Positions 9,410 through 19,874 of a DNA stretch of 64,000 nucleotides are shown here, piece after piece. This DNA is from an uncultured Acidimicrobiia bacterium. Its GTDB lineage: Bacteria; Actinomycetota; Acidimicrobiia; Spongiisociales; UBA5794. The stretch is from positions 278 through 64,277 of the forward strand of contig CAXMQQ010000005.1 of NCBI GenBank assembly GCA_964195545.1. Reading direction: 5' to 3'. The notes under the pieces were generated by a model. That model searched no databases. It saw only the letters and a list, made by a program, of their open reading frames with translations, and was not told the DNA's origin. A program made the translations under genes and the position numbers. Numbering within the stretch: the stretch's first letter is position 1; each line of letters opens with the position of its first letter.

Positions 9410-10750
9410 TCAGCGGAGTCCCTGCTCAGCGATGAACTCGTCGAGAACGTCGTCGAGATCCGGCTTGCCGATCTCCTGGAGGTCGTAGAACACCCTCGTG
9501 CTGGGCTTCTCGATGTCCACGATGCGCCGGAGGTCGATCGGCGTGCCGATGACGACCGCATCGCAGTCGGTGGCGTTGATCGTTGCCTCCAGATCCCGCA
9601 ACTGCTCCTCGCCGTACCCCATGGCCGGCAGGATCGTTCCGATATTCGGATAGGTCTCGAAGGTCTCCTTCAGCTTGCCCACGAGGAACGGACGTGGATC
9701 GACGAACTCGGTGGCTCCGTACTTGGTAGCTGCCACAACGCCGGCACCGATCTTCATCCCTCCGTGCGTCAGCGTCGGACCATCTTCAACGGCCAGGACG
9801 CGGCTGCCCTTGACCACCGACGGATCCTCGAGACGCAGCGTCGAGGCGGCGTCGATGACTGTGGCATCTGGATTCACCGCCGCGATGCTGCCACGAACGG
9901 TCTCGATGCCTGCCAGATCTGCAGAGTCCATCTTGTTGATGACGACGACGTCGGCCATGCGCAGGCTCACTTCACCGGGGTAGTAGTTCAGTTCGTGACC
10001 GGGTCGGTGCGGATCGACGACGGTGAAAGCGAGATCGGCTTCGTAGAACGAGAAGTCGTTGTTGCCTCCGTCCCAGACGATCACGTCGCAGCCGTCTGGA
10101 TCGTTCTCTGCCGCCCGGACGATCGCTTCGTAGTCCACGCCGGCGTAGATGACGTTCCCGCGCACGATGTGGGGCTCGTACTCCTCCATCTCCTCGATGG
10201 TGCAGTCGTGCTTCTCCAGATCGGCGATCTCGGCGAAGCGCTGGACCTTCTGCGCCACCAGGTCGCCGTACGGCATGGGGTGGCGGATGGCGACGACCTT
10301 GAGGCCCTTGGCCATCAAGGTCTCCACGATCTTGCGGGAGGTCTGCGACTTGCCCGACCCGGTTCGGACCGCACACACGGAGATCACCGGCTTGGTGCTC
10401 TTCACCTGGGTGTCATTGGGTCCGAGCAGATTGAAGGACGCTCCGGCGGATTGAACGATCGCTGCCACACCCATCACGTGCTTGTAGGGAATGTCGCTGT
10501 AGGCAAAGGCACACTCGTCAACATCGAGTTCGTCGATGAGTCGAGGAAGCTCCTCCTCCGCGAAGACAGGGATTCCTTCCGGGTACAGGGGACCTGCCAG
10601 TTCGGCCGGGTAGGTACGGTCATCGATGCCGGGAATCTGCTCGGCGGTGAACGCGACGACCTCTACTGATTCGTCGTTGCGATAGCGGGTGTTGAAGTTG
10701 TGAAAGTCACGGCCCGCAGCCCCCATGATGATCAAGCGTCGTTTGCTCAT
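9410..10750 (-). CDS. COG2403-type P-loop protein (usually annotated GTPase / cyclic 2,3-diphosphoglycerate synthetase-like)
   Basis: N-terminus RRLIIMGAAGRDFHNFN and P-loop RTGSGKSQTS. Start re-set to ATG 10750, preceded by GGAGAG. The track start at 10879 adds an Arg/Pro-rich extension. Confidence 0.7.
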   Translation of the reverse strand: MSKRRLIIMGAAGRDFHNFNTRYRNDESVEVVAFTAEQIPGIDDRTYPAELAGPLYPEGIPVFAEEELPRLIDELDVDECAFAYSDIPYKHVMGVAAIVQSAGASFNLLGPNDTQVKSTKPVISVCAVRTGSGKSQTSRKIVETLMAKGLKVVAIRHPMPYGDLVAQKVQRFAEIADLEKHDCTIEEMEEYEPHIVRGNVIYAGVDYEAIVRAAENDPDGCDVIVWDGGNNDFSFYEADLAFTVVDPHRPGHELNYYPGEVSLRMADVVVINKMDSADLAGIETVRGSIAAVNPDATVIDAASTLRLEDPSVVKGSRVLAVEDGPTLTHGGMKIGAGVVAATKYGATEFVDPRPFLVGKLKETFETYPNIGTILPAMGYGEEQLRDLEATINATDCDAVVIGTPIDLRRIVDIEKPSTRVFYDLQEIGKPDLDDVLDEFIAEQGLR

Positions 10751-10939
10751 CTGGCTCTCTCCAGTCGTTGGCTCGCTGCGCCCGAATGGGAAGGTCGAAG
10801 GCCGGGCGGTACCCTCTGCGCCACTGGACGCTGGTCCCGATCGGGTTGGATTCCGAGGTCTCCGTTCCCGCGACGGCACCGCTCAGTTCAGTTGCAAAAG
10901 GTATGCTACCTATCGGTTGATAGACGGCGCCAATCAGGA

Positions 10940-11551
10940 GTGTCCCTCATACCCAGGGCGTTCCTCCACCCGTTCACCTCACCCCGCAAGGAAGAGTTCA
11001 TCAAGATCGCGAGCGGTCGAGATGCCGTCGTGCTCGACGACCAAGGCAATGAGTACATCGACGGCATGGCTTCGCTGTGGTACTGCAACGTGGGTCACGG
11101 GCGTGAAGACGTTGCGGAGGCGATCGGCACGCAAGCCAGGACCCTCGCCGCATACAACACCGTCGATCCGTTCACGAACGAACCGACCGAAGCGGCGGCG
11201 GCCAAGATCGCGGATCTCTCTCCCTTCGACGACGCTCGTGTCTTCTTCGGTTCATCAGGGTCTGAGGGCGTGGATACAGCGATGAAGATCGCGCGGATCG
11301 CCCATCGCGAGGCGGGACATCCCGAGAAGCAGATCATCGTCAGCCGTGAGCGCGGCTATCACGGCGCGAACTACGGAGGCACGTCGATCCAGGGCATCGC
11401 CCCGATCCGCGAGGGCTTTGGACAGTTGGTTCCCGGCATCATCATCCGCCCGATTCCGCCGAGCCGTCTCACCCTCTGTCCGCCACTCGTCATCACCGAC
11501 GAGCAGATCGACCAGATCGTCGAAGCGATCGGATCCGTTTTGCGCTATTGA
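10940..11551 (+). pseudogene. class III (omega) aminotransferase remnant with a large in-frame internal deletion
   Basis: The N-terminal third is intact (LWYCNVGHGR, FFGSSGSEGVDTAMK, YHGANYGG). It is joined near nt 11435-11445 directly to the extreme C-terminus (LTLCPPLVITDEQIDQIV). The PLP-lysine region is absent. No ATG is present; a possible GTG lies at 10940. Confidence 0.7.
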
Positions 11552-11617
11552 GCGGCACCAACGAAACTCGGTGGGAGTCGATCCGACCGAGAAACGACCT
11601 CTTCCAGGAGGATGACG

Positions 11618-12736
11618 ATGATCATCGGAGCACCCAAGGAGATCAAGAACGCTGAACGAAGGGTTGGGCTCACTCCATCGAGTGTGCGAGAACTCATCGC
11701 TCACGGCCACGAGGTCATCGTCGAGACATCTGCCGGCGCGGGGATCGGTGCGTCGACCGAAGACTACGTTGCCGTCGGGGCCCGGATCGGGACTGTCGAC
11801 GACGTGTGGAACCAGAGCGAACTCGTCGTCAAGGTCAAAGAACCGCAGGCCGTTGAGCGTGCGCGTTTGCGACCCGATCAGACGCTGTTCACCTACTTGC
11901 ATCTCGCACCCGATCCTGATCAAACAAGCGAACTCGTCAAGAGCGGCGCCACGTGCATCGCGTACGAGACCGTTACGGACGACCAGGGTGGACTTCCGTT
12001 GCTGGCGCCCATGTCTCAGGTGGCCGGACGGATGTCTGTGCAAGCCGGCGCACATTGCCTGGAGGCCCCCAACGGCGGAGCGGGCCTGCTACTCGGCGGC
12101 GTCCCTGGAGTGCATTCGGCCAAGGTCGTCGTGATCGGTGGAGGCGTGGTCGGTGAACACGCCATCGAGATGGCCGTTGGCCTCGGTGCTTTCGTCACCG
12201 TGCTCGATCGGGACATCAACGCTCTCGAGCGTATCGCACGCCGGTTCGGCACGCTGGTAGAGACTGTCTACTCCACTACGGCGTCGCTCGAGGAATTGGT
12301 GCTCGACGCAGATCTCGTGATCGGCGCCGTACTCGTGAAGGGCGACAGGGCCCCCCGACTCGTCACCGCCGACATGGTGAAGCGGATGCGGCCGGGCTCG
12401 GTGCTTGTGGACGTAGCGATCGATCAGGGCGGATGCTTCGAAACCTCGAGAGCCACCACACACGAGAACCCGACCTACGTGGTGGACGACGTCGTCCACT
12501 ACTGCGTTGCCAACATGCCGGGCGCAGTCCCCAAGACATCGACGTACGCGCTCAACAATGCCACCCTTCCGTTCACACTCGCCCTTGCAGACAAGGGTGT
12601 GAAGCAGGCGTTGCTCGACAATCCTCACTTCCTCGGCGGCCTCAACGTGTGCTGCGGAGCGGTCACGGAAGAGCACGTCGCAACGGCGCTGGGTTACGAC
12701 TACGTCGATCCGGCGGAAGCACTCGCGGCGAAGTAG
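11618..12736 (+). CDS. ald: alanine dehydrogenase
   Basis: [21 protein letters not shown]-terminus and VIGGGVVG Rossmann motif. AGGAGG lies 6 nt upstream of ATG 11618. Confidence 0.92.
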   Translation: MIIGAPKEIKNAERRVGLTPSSVRELIAHGHEVIVETSAGAGIGASTEDYVAVGARIGTVDDVWNQSELVVKVKEPQAVERARLRPDQTLFTYLHLAPDPDQTSELVKSGATCIAYETVTDDQGGLPLLAPMSQVAGRMSVQAGAHCLEAPNGGAGLLLGGVPGVHSAKVVVIGGGVVGEHAIEMAVGLGAFVTVLDRDINALERIARRFGTLVETVYSTTASLEELVLDADLVIGAVLVKGDRAPRLVTADMVKRMRPGSVLVDVAIDQGGCFETSRATTHENPTYVVDDVVHYCVANMPGAVPKTSTYALNNATLPFTLALADKGVKQALLDNPHFLGGLNVCCGAVTEEHVATALGYDYVDPAEALAAK

Positions 12737-12766
12737 GTCGCCAGATCGCCGAGCCTGCGAGCGCGC

Positions 12767-13435
12767 CTACTCGGCGTCCCTGTAGGTCGGCAAGCCTTCG
12801 AGAGCGAATGCTTCCGCGGCGATCCCCTCGATTCGACGTGGATCGACCAAGATTGCCCGGAGCATGAAGTCGGCAGTCCGAGTTGGCCGCTGTGCCGGCA
12901 GCTCCTCCCCGAGAGAGCGCTCCCGGATCGTCTCCAACATCAGACCGGAGATGACCTGGCGGGCGAATCCAACGTCGATCTCGATCAACTCGCCGACCTC
13001 GATGCCCTGCCGAACGATGGCTGCAACTGCGACGTACAGTCTCCCGGCAGTCCGCTCCCACGGTTCGAACTCCTCGTCCAGCAGCACGTCGCCGTTGAAG
13101 ATGCTCCTCAGGTCGTATGGGGAGTCCATCAAGTAGCGGAAGTCCTCAACGAGGAACCGGTAGAGCCGCGCGGCGGGACTCCCCGCTTTGCGGGCCAAGA
13201 AGTCAGCTACTTCGGCCGAGTCATCGAGGGAGTAACTGAGTAGTTCCTGGAAGATCGCCTGCTTGTTCGGAAAGTGATGGAACAACGAAGGCTGGCGGAT
13301 ACCAACGGCCGTTGCGATGTCACGAGTAGAACTGCCGTAATAGCCACGAGCAGCAAACAGATGGGATGCCTCTCGCAAGATCCGCTCGCGCGTCGTGATC
13401 ATCTCATCGCTCGCCGGAGTCCGGTTGCCAGCCAC
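12767..13435 (-). CDS. TetR/AcrR family transcriptional regulator
   Basis: N-terminal HTH: RERILREASHLFAARGYYGSSTRDIATAVGIRQPSLFHHF. Confidence 0.85.
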   Translation of the reverse strand: MAGNRTPASDEMITTRERILREASHLFAARGYYGSSTRDIATAVGIRQPSLFHHFPNKQAIFQELLSYSLDDSAEVADFLARKAGSPAARLYRFLVEDFRYLMDSPYDLRSIFNGDVLLDEEFEPWERTAGRLYVAVAAIVRQGIEVGELIEIDVGFARQVISGLMLETIRERSLGEELPAQRPTRTADFMLRAILVDPRRIEGIAAEAFALEGLPTYRDAE

Positions 13436-13547
13436 CGCGTCAGCCTACCGCCCGATAGGGTCGTGGTTCGAGGTGGATGAGTACGAGAGCCAGCGAGTGA
13501 GACAGGGTGAGCGCCTGCGAGCACACGAGGGGTAGTAGCTTGGCCTC

Positions 13548-14309
13548 GTGATTGTGGCCATCACCCGTCCAACGGGCACCGAACTTTGTGACTGCGAGCT
13601 GACACACGTCGACCGGGTCCCGATCGACGTAGATCGAGCCCGGGCACAGCACAGCGGCTACCTGGGTGTGTTGCGCTCGCTAGGGGTGAAGGTCGTTGAA
13701 CTTCCCCGACTCCCGGGTCACCCGGATGCCGTCTTCGTGGAAGACACGGCGCTGGTCCTACCCGAGGCTGCCGTGTTGTTGCGGCCCGGTGTCGAGTCAC
13801 GACGGGGTGAGGTGCCGTCCATGGCGACAGCACTCGCCGACTATCGAGAGCTTCGCGAGATGGAGGCACCGGCAACGCTTGACGGAGGTGACGTCATCGT
13901 CCTCGGAAAGCGCCTGCTCGTGGGACAGACGACCCGATCGAACCCTGCCGGGATAGCCGCACTGGCCGACCTGTTGTCACCGTTCGGCTACACGGTTGAG
14001 TCAGTCCCGGTCTACGGAGTGCTGCACCTGAAATCGGTTGCCACCGTCGTCGACGACGAGACGTTGATCGTCTTCTCGCCCTCCGTCGATCTGACCCCTC
14101 TCGGAGCCAGACTGCTCCAGGCTCATCCCGACGAACCGCAGGGAGCCAATGTCGTGCGCGTGGGGGGCACACTGTTGGTGGATGCCTCGGCGCCTCGGAC
14201 CATGGCCATGCTGAGTGCCTTCGTCGACAACGTCGTGGAGGTACAGGTTGACGAGTTCGCCAAGGCCGAAGGCGCCATCAGCTGCAAAGGCGTCATATTC
14301 GAGGCGTGA
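13548..14309 (+). CDS. dimethylarginine dimethylaminohydrolase-like amidinotransferase
   Basis: 253 aa with DDAH-like N-terminus (CELTH...ID...A..QH), VFVEDTA, and C-terminal GAISCKG (catalytic Cys). GTG start. Confidence 0.75.
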   Translation: MIVAITRPTGTELCDCELTHVDRVPIDVDRARAQHSGYLGVLRSLGVKVVELPRLPGHPDAVFVEDTALVLPEAAVLLRPGVESRRGEVPSMATALADYRELREMEAPATLDGGDVIVLGKRLLVGQTTRSNPAGIAALADLLSPFGYTVESVPVYGVLHLKSVATVVDDETLIVFSPSVDLTPLGARLLQAHPDEPQGANVVRVGGTLLVDASAPRTMAMLSAFVDNVVEVQVDEFAKAEGAISCKGVIFEA

Positions 14310-14418
14310 GTTCTCGACCACCTGAGATGTCGGTCACCAGCATGGGGGTCGAATGGTGCCGGCAGCCGCCATCATCGTGACTCCCGCTCCCAGAACCCCT
14401 GCTGGCTACGGGAGCTCC

Positions 14419-14452
14419 CCGGGTCCCCCCGGCGACAAGGTCGGGGACCCGG
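14419..14452. terminator. bidirectional GC hairpin between convergent genes
   Basis: CCGGGTCCCC ... GGGGACCCGG, a perfect 10-bp stem with a 14-nt loop. Confidence 0.5.
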
Positions 14453-14495
14453 TTGTCAGTCGCGAAGCGTTCATTCCCACTCGTACTCCGGTAAC

Positions 14496-15452
14496 TCAGT
14501 TCTGGGGGGCGAACACGTGCTCCGCGATCTTCCACTCGTCTCCCACCTTCACGATCCGAAATACCGACACGACATCCGCGTCGCCATCCGGGTACGCGAC
14601 AGCGACAGGAGATGTCATGAGACCACCCTCCATGGTGACCAACATGCTGAAGTCACTTCCGACGGCGTAGTACGGCCCGTCGTAGTCGTTGTGCCATTCC
14701 CATCCCTCCAGAGTTGGGAGGAAGTTCGAGCGCAGATACTCCAGGTCGTAAACGACAGCATCGGCGCCGGTCACGATCTCGTGAAAGCGGTACGAGCCGG
14801 TCACCATTCCCTCTATCGCATCGGCGTCGTACTCGTTCCACGCCGTGTAGTAATCCTCCATGAGTTGCTGGACTTCCGGTGGCGCCGCGGTCGGGCTGTT
14901 GGGACGCGTCGCCAGAGTCATCCAGGCGATGAGTCCTACGAGTGCGATCGCCATGACGACGATTACGACGATCGGCCACCGGCTCCGCTGCCCCGTCTTC
15001 TCGGTCGTTTGGGTTTCGGTATCGGCTCTGTCGATCGTTTCCATGATCGTCACCTTCCCTTGATCGGAATCGATCTCCTGTTCGTTCTCTGCCCGCTTCG
15101 ATGAGCGGTGGACCAGCCATACGGTCAGGCCGGCGGCGACGGCAGCCACGACCGCTGCGATGAGCCAGACAGCGATCGTGCTCCCACCGGCGTCAACGGC
15201 TTCCGCGGCCCCGGCGTCTGCCTCGCCCGCAAGGCGAGGGGCAAGCTTCAGAACGGATGCAAGGCCTCCGAGGCCGACGAGCGTCGCAGCAAAAGCCCCG
15301 GCCGCTGCCCATGCAGGCTTGAAGCTCCGCTTCGAGTGGAGCGGCTGAAGCCCTCCTTCGCCAACCCTGGTTCGGGCGAAGACATCTTCCGCGGAGATTC
15401 GCTCAACACCAGCATCGAAGTACTCGCGCAGTTGTGTCTCAGGAAGTGACAT
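14496..15452 (-). CDS. membrane protein, putative anti-sigma factor with C-terminal SnoaL/NTF2-like domain
   Basis: Overlaps the upstream ECF sigma gene by 14 nt. Three predicted TM segments. C-terminal region YYTAWNEYDADAIEGMV... resembles SnoaL-like folds. Confidence 0.55.
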   Translation of the reverse strand: MSLPETQLREYFDAGVERISAEDVFARTRVGEGGLQPLHSKRSFKPAWAAAGAFAATLVGLGGLASVLKLAPRLAGEADAGAAEAVDAGGSTIAVWLIAAVVAAVAAGLTVWLVHRSSKRAENEQEIDSDQGKVTIMETIDRADTETQTTEKTGQRSRWPIVVIVVMAIALVGLIAWMTLATRPNSPTAAPPEVQQLMEDYYTAWNEYDADAIEGMVTGSYRFHEIVTGADAVVYDLEYLRSNFLPTLEGWEWHNDYDGPYYAVGSDFSMLVTMEGGLMTSPVAVAYPDGDADVVSVFRIVKVGDEWKIAEHVFAPQN

Positions 15453-15933
15453 CTGCGCTCACCCCCAATGTGTGTCGTATACGGCGCATTCCCCGCTCGG
15501 CGTGAGTCCTCACCGACCAACGGGAGATGCCGAGCAGATCGGCCACCTCCCGTTCGCTGTGCTCCATCCCGTGAATCAACACGACCGCCACCCGCTGATT
15601 CTTCGACAGGCTGGCCAACGCATTTGTGAGGCCCGGCTCCACCGACGGCGTCTCTGCTGCAGGGAGCGATGGGAATAACACGGTGGGACGCCAGTACCGG
15701 CGAGCCTTCGACTGGCCGACCCGGTACAGGTAGCCGGCGGGGTTGCGCTTGCCCTCGAGGGTCTCCCAGTGCTCCCAGGCCCATGCCAACGCATCCGCAG
15801 TTGCCTCCGCCCCGACTTCTAACCCGTACGCTGCGGCGAGTGCGTACGAGAGTCGCGGCTCCGTCTCCTTGACGAATCGGGTAAACGCCTGTCGTTCATC
15901 GGGTTCCACGGTCCCTCCGTGACTCTCACTCAA
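15439..15933 (-). CDS. ECF-type RNA polymerase sigma factor
   Basis: 164 aa. Region-2-like AWEHW...NPAGYLYRV and region-4 HTH EVADLLGISRWSVRTHAERGMRRIR. Confidence 0.85.
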   Translation of the reverse strand: MSESHGGTVEPDERQAFTRFVKETEPRLSYALAAAYGLEVGAEATADALAWAWEHWETLEGKRNPAGYLYRVGQSKARRYWRPTVLFPSLPAAETPSVEPGLTNALASLSKNQRVAVVLIHGMEHSEREVADLLGISRWSVRTHAERGMRRIRHTLGVSADVTS

Positions 15934-16021
15934 TTAGACCACCCGATTCCCCCGGGTGGGCGACGAATTTCTTGGATTGACAGACGGATCACCGATGGCA
16001 AGTACGCTCTAGATCGAATCC

Positions 16022-17038
16022 ATGAGTACCCCACGCGATACCGGCGTCGAACTCGGCGCAGCTAACGAACTCGCCGACCGGATCGGTTGGAGGGTTACGT
16101 CGACGTGGACGGAAGACGTGATCGGCGGCTTCGGTGGTTTCGCAGCCGGGATCCGCGTCCCTCCCGGGTATCAGATGCCGGTGTTGATGATGTCAACGGA
16201 CGGCGTCGGCACGAAAGCCGAGATCGCACGGGTCACCGGCCTCATCGAAGGACTCGGCTACGACCTCCTGGCGATGGTGGGCGATGACCTCGCCGCCGCC
16301 GGGGCGATCCCCATCGCGATGCAGGACTACATCGCCGTTGAGTACCTGGACCTAGATCGCGTCGACCTCCTCGTTGAATCGATCGCAAACGCCTGCGCCG
16401 ACAACGACGTGGCGCTGCTCGGCGGTGATACGGCCGAGCATCCAGGGACAATTGAACGGGATCACTTCGATCTCGCCGCAACAGCACTGGGAATCGTCGA
16501 ACTCGGAGACGAGATCGACAACAGCCGGATCGAGGTTGGTGACGTGGTCATCGGTGTACACAGCCCCAATCTCCGATCGAGCGGCTTCTCTCTTGTACGA
16601 GCGCTGATCGTCGACCAACTCGACCTCGACGCTCCATTCCCGGGCTCGGACCTCACTGTCGCTGAGACCCTGCTCCAACCGTCCATCGTCTACGCACCCG
16701 CTGTCATGAACGCCCTCGCGCGATCCGAAGCCCACGGGTTGGCTCACATCACGGGAGGCGGTCTGCCCAACAACGTCGGCAGAGTCCTCCCGAAAGGAAC
16801 AGCGGCCGACATCGAACGTTCCCGTTGGACAACTCCGGATGTCTTCGGTGTCATCCAGGATCTCGGATCGGTCGCCGATGAGGAGATGCTGTGGACCTTC
16901 AATATGGGTATCGGTTTCGTCGCTATCGCCCCCGAGGGCGATGCTGACCTGCTCATCAAAGGGTTTGATTCCTATACGCTCGAAGCCACCGTGATCGGCC
17001 GAATCGTAGAAGGTGACCAGACGGTCAAGATCAGCTGA
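16022..17038 (+). CDS. purM: phosphoribosylformylglycinamidine cyclo-ligase (AIR synthetase)
   Basis: GGFGGF and MSTDGVGTK motifs with PurM-typical length. Confidence 0.92.
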   Translation: MSTPRDTGVELGAANELADRIGWRVTSTWTEDVIGGFGGFAAGIRVPPGYQMPVLMMSTDGVGTKAEIARVTGLIEGLGYDLLAMVGDDLAAAGAIPIAMQDYIAVEYLDLDRVDLLVESIANACADNDVALLGGDTAEHPGTIERDHFDLAATALGIVELGDEIDNSRIEVGDVVIGVHSPNLRSSGFSLVRALIVDQLDLDAPFPGSDLTVAETLLQPSIVYAPAVMNALARSEAHGLAHITGGGLPNNVGRVLPKGTAADIERSRWTTPDVFGVIQDLGSVADEEMLWTFNMGIGFVAIAPEGDADLLIKGFDSYTLEATVIGRIVEGDQTVKIS

Positions 17039-17123
17039 TTTCCATCGCCGGTAGTTGGTAGTGGGGAAGGCGTCCCGTGTCTTGCTCACAGTTCATGGCT
17101 CAGAGCTCCACTCGCCTTCTCAT

Positions 17124-17927
17124 TCACTCGCCGCAGGTCACGCCACCAAGGATGCTCGTGATGACGTCGCTGTCGCCTTGGCCCGTCGCGTAGCCGAATA
17201 GCTGGGAGTCGTCGGATCGGTCGTCGTCGACCCACCAGACGCCGGCGATCGGATCCCATGGACTCTCGTTGATCTCGATCGTCGGGTACATCGCCCCAGC
17301 GACCACCAGGGTCGTCCCCACGGTCATGCCCGGCTCCGTAGCAAGTTCGAGGTCGCCGCCGTAGTAGTCGTAGCCGAAGAGGTGCTCTCCTCCCGCCGGC
17401 TTGTGGCTCGTTGGTGCCTTCGTGAACAGCAGTGTGAAAGCGTGGCCAAAGCCGTCCGGGCTCTCGCCCCACTGAACGCCACGGACTTCAGGTGGTGGAC
17501 AGGTTCCGAACTCACTGAAGGAATCCACCCAGCCGGTATCACGATCGGCCGGGCCGAGGATCGCCGTTGCATAACTGAGGGTCTCGTCTGGCGTGGCGCC
17601 GAACGCAACCCCGCCGATGCCGTCGGGCTCCAGCACCAGCGGCGCAAGCGTTGTCGATGTCGTCGACGTTGTAGTCGTTGTGGAAGACGTAGTCGTGGTC
17701 GATGATGTCGTGGTCGATGGTTCCGTCGTCGTTGCTGCCGCTGTCGTCGTCGTCGCCTCTGCCGAACTTGTCGTTGCTTCCGTCGTGCTCGTTGGCAGGG
17801 TCGTCGTCTCCAAAGCCTCTTCGCTCCCATCTAGAGAGCGAAACAGGAAGATCACGATGATGGCCAGAAGCAGCCCTCCGACCACTCCAAGAAGGACCGC
17901 CAACCACTGAGATTTCTGTTCTGCCAT
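17124..17927 (-). CDS. membrane-anchored Thr/Ser-rich secreted protein, function unknown
   Basis: N-terminal TM helix, an approximately 70-aa T/S-rich linker, and a globular C-terminal domain ending in CGE. Confidence 0.65.
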   Translation of the reverse strand: MAEQKSQWLAVLLGVVGGLLLAIIVIFLFRSLDGSEEALETTTLPTSTTEATTSSAEATTTTAAATTTEPSTTTSSTTTTSSTTTTTSTTSTTLAPLVLEPDGIGGVAFGATPDETLSYATAILGPADRDTGWVDSFSEFGTCPPPEVRGVQWGESPDGFGHAFTLLFTKAPTSHKPAGGEHLFGYDYYGGDLELATEPGMTVGTTLVVAGAMYPTIEINESPWDPIAGVWWVDDDRSDDSQLFGYATGQGDSDVITSILGGVTCGE

Positions 17928-17936
17928 GACGGCAGC

Positions 17937-18233
17937 CTACGTGTTTCGGCATCCGTCTTCCGGCAAAGGCTCCCCTTCAGCCTCGTGGGCGGAGACCGCG
18001 ATTGTCGGGATCGTGGAATCTGGGCTCGGCGCAGTGATCGGTAGCTGGGCGGTATCGATGTCTGTCGTATCGACTTCGGTGCTTCGAACCGTCCCGTCTC
18101 CGTCGACAGATCCGAAGGTTCGAGACTTGCAGATCTCTACGTCAGGATCGGCAACTCGACGAAGCGACTCCTCGTCGACGAGTTGCTTCACTACAGCGAA
18201 ACGCACGGGGACTGACGAAACGCCGGGGACCAA
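17937..18233 (-). CDS. hypothetical acidic protein (98 aa)
   Basis: Its stop lies 9 nt before the start of the downstream same-strand gene. Composition is not antisense-like. No motif recognised. Confidence 0.3.
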   Translation of the reverse strand: MVPGVSSVPVRFAVVKQLVDEESLRRVADPDVEICKSRTFGSVDGDGTVRSTEVDTTDIDTAQLPITAPSPDSTIPTIAVSAHEAEGEPLPEDGCRNT

Positions 18234-18247
18234 GTACCGTTGCGCCT

Positions 18248-18856
18248 ATGAGCGGATCCCCCACATACCCGATCGTTGTTGAAGCCCCGGTTGACGACGA
18301 GGAACGAAACCGCTGGCTCGCAGCCTCCGGGATCGTTCTCATCAAAGCGATCCTCCTCCTGCCGCACATCGTGCTGCTCTTTCTGTTCGGCCTGATGATC
18401 CAGATCGTGGCATGGATTGGTTATTGGGGTATCGCCTTCAACGGCCGAATGCCTGACCTCATCCGCCGCCTCGAACTCGTCTTTCTCCGTTGGGTCACAC
18501 GGGTCGTTGCCTGGTACGCCGGCACCACCGACGTCTACCCGACCTATGGAGTCGATCGGGATTACCCGGTGACGGTCACGGTTGAACCAGCACCGGAGCC
18601 CCAGAGTCGCCTCCTCGCCATGCTGGGCATCGTGCTGCTCCGCTCGCTCGCTGCACTCCCGCATTTCCTCATTCTGTTCCTGATGAGCTTCGGTGTGCTC
18701 CTCGTCGCTTGGGTTGGCTACATCGTCGTCGCCTTCACCGGCCAACTGCCGCTCGGCATCCACGAGTTCGTACTGAACTACCAGCGTTGGTGGGCCCGGG
18801 CATGGGGATGGACCGCAGCTCTCACCGACGAGTACCCACCGTTCACGCTGGGGTAA
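18248..18856 (+). CDS. DUF4389 domain membrane protein (two tandem domains)
   Basis: Two copies of the pattern ...LP H(I/F)(V/L)(L/I)LF...VAW(I/V)GY...F(N/T)G(R/Q)(M/L)P...TD(V/E)YP. Confidence 0.7.
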   Translation: MSGSPTYPIVVEAPVDDEERNRWLAASGIVLIKAILLLPHIVLLFLFGLMIQIVAWIGYWGIAFNGRMPDLIRRLELVFLRWVTRVVAWYAGTTDVYPTYGVDRDYPVTVTVEPAPEPQSRLLAMLGIVLLRSLAALPHFLILFLMSFGVLLVAWVGYIVVAFTGQLPLGIHEFVLNYQRWWARAWGWTAALTDEYPPFTLG

Positions 18857-18866
18857 CCCTGACACC

Positions 18867-18897
18867 AGACAAGAGACTGTTGTCGTATCTCTTGTCT
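18867..18897. terminator. hairpin between convergent genes
   Basis: AGACAAGAGA / TCTCTTGTCT, a perfect 10-bp stem with an 11-nt loop. Confidence 0.5.
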
Positions 18898-18911
18898 CAC
18901 ATCTCGAGTCT
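18877..18911. repeat. degenerate heptad array (ctgttgt cgtatct cttgtct cacatct cgagtct)
   Basis: Strict 7-nt phasing of C...TCT read directly. Partly overlaps the hairpin. Confidence 0.6.
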
Positions 18912-18917
18912 CAGGGA

Positions 18918-19874
18918 CTACCCGTCTGACGGCTCCTCGACGGGTGGCTTGCGGCGACGGATGGATCTGACAGCCATCCATAGACCCAGGCCGATGAGCG
19001 CCAGCAGAATAAACGGAAGCGCAAAGGCAGCGCCCACGATGAGCCCCCCGATCGTGGCGAGAAGCACCTCCCCGGCCTGGTCGAGTGCCTCTTCGAGCAC
19101 TCCCGGATCGCTCGGTTCGTCGATCGGTGTGCTCCCTGGGACCTCCGTCAGACCGACGGTTAGCGTCGAAAAGCTGGTGCGACTGTCGAGGTAGCGGAGC
19201 CGGCCCTCGATCTGTTCGATGTTCAGGAGCACGTCCTGCATCCGTGTCTGGATCGTCACAAGATCGTCGATCTCTGTCGCCTCGGCCATCAGGCGCGTAT
19301 AGAACTCCTCCTGGGTCTCCCAATACCGCAGGCGCCCTTCGAGATCGACGTACTCCTCGGTCACGTCCTGGCTCGACACATTGAGGCTGAGCCGCTCTCC
19401 CAGCCCATCGACCCGGTCGAGGGCATCGTCGAAGCGATCCTCAGGGATCCGCATGGTCAACCACCCGACCGTGTATGCGACGTCATCGATCTCCTGAAGA
19501 TGGGTCTCGCCTGCGGTGATGTAGCCACCGAGATCCTGCGCGATACTCCTGAGCTGCGACGAGATCTGCCCGAACGTACCGGGTTCAACCCTGAGCTCCA
19601 CCCGACCGTCACGGATGACCTTGAGCCCCGCGGGTACATCCGTACCAATGGGGGCAGCGATTGCGATCGCCTGCGTCTCTTCCATGTCGGCGTTGCCTGA
19701 TACCTTGCCTTCGCCCGACGCGTACGCCACGGTGGTTAGGTACTCGTCCTCGCCATACCCGATGGATTCGGCCGCCCCATCGGAGGCACTGCTGCACGCC
19801 CCCAGCAACAAAGTGGCAGCCAGCAAGGCCGCCAATGCCGTTCGAGTCTTCACCGCCATGTCGGAAATCTTCAT
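18918..19874 (-). CDS. DUF4349-like lipoprotein
   Basis: Lipobox LLLGAC after a signal peptide, a coiled central region and two C-terminal TM helices. Start re-set to ATG 19874, preceded by GAGGAGAG. Confidence 0.65.
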   Translation of the reverse strand: MKISDMAVKTRTALAALLAATLLLGACSSASDGAAESIGYGEDEYLTTVAYASGEGKVSGNADMEETQAIAIAAPIGTDVPAGLKVIRDGRVELRVEPGTFGQISSQLRSIAQDLGGYITAGETHLQEIDDVAYTVGWLTMRIPEDRFDDALDRVDGLGERLSLNVSSQDVTEEYVDLEGRLRYWETQEEFYTRLMAEATEIDDLVTIQTRMQDVLLNIEQIEGRLRYLDSRTSFSTLTVGLTEVPGSTPIDEPSDPGVLEEALDQAGEVLLATIGGLIVGAAFALPFILLALIGLGLWMAVRSIRRRKPPVEEPSDG

